Source: Girardia tigrina (taxonomy: Eukaryota). From it: DNA of 54,460 nt. Of this stretch, positions 49,100-54,460 are shown piece by piece. Under the pieces are notes generated by a model. It did no database searches. It worked only from the letters and a program-made list of their open reading frames with translations, and was not told the origin of the DNA. The translations under genes were made by a program, and so were the position numbers. Location: positions 1 to 54,460 of the forward strand of contig MQRK01233262.1 in assembly GCA_001938485.1 (NCBI GenBank), in the 5' to 3' direction. The number at the start of each line of letters is the position of its first letter. Within the stretch, counting starts at the first letter, position 1.

Positions 49100-49436
49100 G
49101 TAAAACTTGTGTAGCTCGTCATCGTTCTTGATTGATAATTTTTTTAATAATATTCTTTAACGTCTTATTATTCAAACAAAATTAAATTACAATTTAATTA
49201 TTACAAAAAATAATTTAAACTTTAAATTAAAAATAAATTTTATTTTAAAAAAAATTATTAAAATATTATTTATGAAATATTAATTTAATTTTAAAATTGA
49301 TGGTTTAATTTTTAATAATTAATTAAACAATCACACGTTTTAAAATATCAATCTTCCATCTGGGTGGGAGAAACGCAATCCTAAAACAGCATTTAAATTA
49401 ACATACAATAAACACGATTCAAACATATTCCTCATA
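49100..49436 (-). mobile_element. Gypsy 'TGTGAGG' family solitary 5' end
   Basis: TATGAGGAATAT...TCTCCCACCCAGATGGAAGATTGAT followed by an AT-rich leader. Confidence 0.65.
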
Positions 49437-51184
49437 ATCTATATTACTATTTTTCTGTCGATGTTTATAGGTTAAATTTATTTTAATTTAATATAATTGC
49501 CAAATTTAAATTTGTTAAATTTTATAATAAATTTTTCAATAAACAAAGAACATAATTATTGTAAAATAATGAATGTTTATTTTGATTTTAACCAATAAAA
49601 TTCATAGTAACTATTTTTAGAAATTTTTCAAGTTCCAATTAGTTTCGATATGCAAAATTACGAAAGTTAAGATAATATTTGTGATAGTAACAAAATTATT
49701 GACATTTTGCATAGTATTTGTTAAATATATAAATTATTAATCTGTATTTCATAACAATTAAATAACGTCATATTGAAATTAGTTTTTGAAAGGGTTTTTT
49801 TTAAGTTCGTTATATTAATACTTATTTAAAAGTTAGATCCAATTTTTTTGTTTACTTTTTGAATGAATAATGTACAATTTGTGATTGAAATCTTACAAAA
49901 AATAATCAACAATTAATTTTAAAATTATATTATTTGTTTAAATCCAAACTAAAAATTTTCATCAAAAATTTATTGGGATTTTAATTATATCATCATTGAC
50001 ATGTGTCGTAATCAGAGCAATGATTGATGTTCTCCCTTGTGGTCTGAGAATGGTTGAGAGTAGGTCTAATAGATATTAATCTGGTAACATAATTGTCTTC
50101 CCTCGAGATTGATTGACAATGCTTCTAACATTTTCTTACGGGGAGGAGAAGGTAAACTTTATTATAAATGAATGTTTGAATGTGGTCGGAATTTGTCATT
50201 ATTCTCAACATTTTATTGTCACTAGAAATACATAATTATGACCTATTCATGGTCGAACAAGTTGCTTTACACTGATCCGAACATGACTTCATTGTTACAT
50301 TCTATAAAAAGAGGGTAATATATATTTGACAAATATGTTATAAAAAATAATATTAAAAAATATTAAATATCTTTATTTTGTATTTTAGTCTGATTTTTCT
50401 GTTCTAAATAATAAAAGTATAGAAAATAATGTCAAAGTCAGGAAATATATTTTTTATTTTGTTAAAAGACCATTTTATCTTGCAGGAAGAATTTGGCTCA
50501 ATGAGAGGAATAATAAAATAGTTAATAATATAACTAATATAAAATTGTTCATATCTTTCTTTTTGTCATAAACTTTTAAATATTGTTTATTTAAGTGACA
50601 TTTATCGATTTCGGTTAATGTAGTGACATAAATAATATATTCATAAATATAAATTTATATAAACGACAAGTAATAAAAAACTATTATTTCTTTTTTTCTT
50701 TAATTAAACATAATTGATATAATCAAAGTCAAAAAAACAAGTAAAAAATATTTGAAAATAAATTGAATTAAATATATACGAATTAAAATTTAGATATATT
50801 TAAATGTTGTAAAAGAAATTTTAAAAAAATTATAAGATATAATTAAACTGATAAGAATTAAGAAATTTTTGGGATGGTTTTAAATTGTTTATACAAATTA
50901 AAATGTGTAATGTATTTCAAAAATTAATAAAATTAAACGAAACGATTAAATAATTATAAATTCTGTTACAATATAAAAGTATAAAATTTGATTAAAGATA
51001 AAATAATTAAATATTTCATAATTTTATCTTAATTACAAATTGATAAAATTTATTCAAAACAAAATTTATAAAATTAAAATAAAATAAAATCAAAAATATT
51101 ATAAGTATTTTTATTTTTACCGGTTTAAGATTTATAAAATAAATTGTTTCTCAAAAAAATAATTTTGTTTAAATATTAGTGTGG

Positions 51185-51440
51185 TCAGAACAGTTGTAGG
51201 GGGTAACCGTGCTCCGGGCAACTTAACTGTGGAGAACCCGCCCACTCCGGATTTGGGTGGAACTGCGCGTCCTCGTCGTAATTAACCGAAACTGAGCTCG
51301 CGTCATCCTCATTAAATATCGATTTCTGTTGCTCATTATCACCATTTAAGGTTAAGAACGACCGATGGAAATCATTATTGAATTTATCGATTGATTTACT
51401 GATGGTATTTGCCCGCCGATATCCATTGAGAGAGAAATTG
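51185..51440 (-). pseudogene. B-box zinc-finger (TRIM-like) gene relic
   Basis: Open frame GYRRANTISKSIDKFNNDFHRSFL...SPQLSCPEHGYPLQLF*. This gives C-x2-H-x7, with TGA at the position of the next Cys. Confidence 0.55.
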
Positions 51441-51699
51441 AAAAGGAAAGAGAGAAATAAAAAAATCTATTAAAATTTACTCGAAGTTTAATTTCATCAA
51501 ATTGTTGTAATTCACATCACTAATAGGTAATTTTAAAAGGTTTTAGAAAAACGGGGATTCGTGTTTCCTGGCAATATACATAGGGTCATAAAAATAAATA
51601 AAATAAAAAACATATACATTTAATTATCTTTTATCATATAATCAGTAATTTTTGTTCGTTTTGTAGTTTTGATTTTATATCACTCAAATTTTTCTTCAA

Positions 51700-53777
51700 A
51701 TCTTTCAAAGAATTAGACGTTGTATTATTAATTTCGTTCTGTAATAAAAATTTTTCTATTAAATTAAGACTGTGTAATGCATCTTTGATTGTTATTTTTT
51801 CTTCATCGCACTTAACACAGTCTTTGACATCAACAGTATTATTCTTTCAAATATAGAATATCATCATTTTCAACTTCCAACATTAAATTTTCATCGTACA
51901 TGTTATCAAAGTCAATGTATTCATTCGCACTTAAATTGTTCGTTCTGGGAAGTTGATTTAATAATTCTTCTATTTCATCAACATATTTTAAATTATTAGA
52001 AATATTTTTTGTAAGGAATAGTAGCTATATTTTAATATAGATATTTTAATTTCAATATATTTTTAAAGTCGTAATTACATTAAAAACACGCTTATTAAAA
52101 TTCTATATATATTATTATATACATATTTATAATACGGTTAAATTTAAAAATTGTAAAACTCCTAAAAAAAGAAATTTGTTTAAATATTCAAAAAATTAAA
52201 AACGCACATTTTTTTATAATAAATTTTATGGACTCCAATTTTGATGAGGTTTGCGCTGCAAACAGTTTTTCTAACATTTTATTGCAACTTTCATTCAAAT
52301 CATCAACTAACAATTTTCTATACACCCTCGTCATATACTATCCCAAGACCATTTAGAAAGCATGATGCTTTTTTTAGATCTACCATTTTAAAACTTTCAA
52401 CCACACTCTTCTCGCACTCGAACTCAAACAAAACATCCCTAAGTAAATATTTTCTATATATCGCTTTAAATGATCTTTTAATTCCTGTAATAATTCCAAT
52501 ATCGAGCGGTTGATAAAATCCAGTTGGGTTTCAAGGTAAAAATAACAACTTAACCTTGGTGTATTCGGAGGTTATTTTGTGCGAGGGTGAAGAGAACCAC
52601 ATTTCTGTTTTGTTTTTTTCATTTTTAAATTGAAGAAATGCATCCATGACTTGAAGTTGGCATTTTTAAGCTATGCTTTTTTCGAACTTAAATAATGACA
52701 TAATGAATTTTTCTCGAAGCATTTAAAACATCTCGGATTTTCATATTTACACCATTTAAGGTTAAGAACGACCGATGGAAATCATTATTGAATTTATCGA
52801 TTGATTTAATTTTATTGTTAATTCTGTTTTTTCGCTACCATCTGAATTAACATAAAACTTTATAGTAATTCTTTCCTTTAATTTTTTAAATACTTTTATC
52901 GCCTTTTTCCCCAGAGTTTTACTTATTTCTTTGAAATTTAAACCGGTTTCGTCCATGTTAAATAAATTGGTTCAAATTTTTTTCAAAATAGCCTTAAGAT
53001 TCCTAAAGGATTCCTCATGATTGCTAATACCCACACCGGCTGTTTCTCCCGACAAAACTTTCAACTTAATATTATTACGAGTTTTATATCGATGAAGCCA
53101 ACCATTACTAGCTACAAAGTTATTTAGATTTAAAACTTTTGAAAATTGTTTCGCTTTGATTCTTAAAGTATCTTCTGTAATAATAAAATCCCTATAAAAA
53201 CACTTTTGTCCATTCAATCATCATTTTATCCAGCGCTTCGTATTTCGGCTTTTTAAATATACAAACATTATCTTTGTTTTCAATGAAGTCTTTAATATTT
53301 TTATATTTATTGTTTAATATATCTCCAATTGAACGCCTTGAAATTTTCATGCTAAATTCGGCCAAAAACAATTGCTAGTTCTTGCTGTGAACAGTTTGTA
53401 TTGACATTGGCATAAACAACTATTTGTCTCTTTTGTAAAATTTTTAAAAAGTTTCTCTTCTTCTTTTCGTTGGGAGTCTTGGCGTTTAATGAATATCTGA
53501 CATCGGTATGGTTGGATAGAAGCACTTTATTGGCTTTTAATTAGAAATGATAGAAATTCATACAATCCATCAAAAATTCATTAAGCAAATCAATTTTTTA
53601 AAATATTTATTAACGTCAAAAGAATTTAAAATTTTTATTAGACAGCATAGTATTTTAGTTTAAAATTCGTCAATTTTTAAGTGTTTTTTGATTATTAAAA
53701 TGTTTACAATTTTTTTAAAAAATGGCAATGTATGAGGGGGCGCAATATATAAATGGCGCAATATCGGGGGGTGACTG
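51700..53777 (-). mobile_element. Tigger/pogo transposon remnant with left TIR
   Basis: TA|CAGTCACCCCCCGATATTGCGCC end; FVASNGWLHRYKTRNNI; NMDETGL; KERIT...NSDGSEK; KYENPRCFK; YQPLDIGII. Confidence 0.9.
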
Positions 53778-54460
53778 TATCTTCTTTTAAAATAAACTTT
53801 CTGTTACCAAGTTTAGTCATTCAATATATTTGGTACATATGATAATTACTATTATTTTATATATTACATTAAAATTTATTAATATGTGTAAGATTCGATT
53901 ATTTTTATCTTAACCATTTTTTTCATTTTTTGTATTGATTCTTTTTGAGGCCAAAATTTGATTTTTTTTAAATTTGAAATTTTGTGAAAATTATCAACTA
54001 TTGTCAATTATGTACCTTTTAACCAAAGAATAATCTTATTATCCACTATCAGATCTGTTGGTTATCGAAATTCAAAGTAAAATTCACAATCTATTATGTG
54101 TACGATCAATATATTATTCAAAGATCAATTTCTTATCACTGTAGTATATATTTGATTAAAAAAGAGTTTGGGGATTTGTATAATCCTGATAAATCTGTCA
54201 ACTCACTTTTACAACTGCATCGTACAATAATTTTATTGCTATGTTAAATAATTGGTGAACGTATTTCATAAAATTTCATTATTATATATTATTTTATTCT
54301 ATAAAGTGAATATTAATCCGAAAATTATAATTAACCATTTTTAGACATTTACAATTATTATTATTTAAAAATATAAAAAACCAAATAAAAATTAAAGATG
54401 AACAATAAAATTTCTATAACAATAAAAAATATATTTATAAATTATATATATATATATATA

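Overview
This is a very AT-rich eukaryotic scaffold with N gaps. It is probably animal, inferred from CUL5-like, B-box-like and PSMD6-like sequences. Only two intact host genes are visible, both apparently intronless and divergently oriented: a highly diverged importin-alpha-like ARM protein (23376-24755, -) and AMP deaminase (29465-32408, +), the latter with an internal overlap that is probably an assembly artefact. Most of the rest is decayed mobile DNA. This includes at least four Ty3/Gypsy families (very short putative LTRs, tRNA-Ser-like and tRNA-Arg-like PBSs, clear -1 frameshift signals), Tc1, pogo/Tigger, a MITE, foldbacks, and a Penelope-like end carrying an inverted pair of hammerhead ribozymes. 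The most unusual feature is a set of about nine short GC-rich islands. Several read as eroded, intron-free relics of unrelated housekeeping genes: Rpn7/PSMD6, CUL5, succinyl-CoA ligase beta, a B-box protein, a Rab-like GTPase and possibly Vps45. All protein assignments come from by-eye translation and remembered family motifs, not from database searches.
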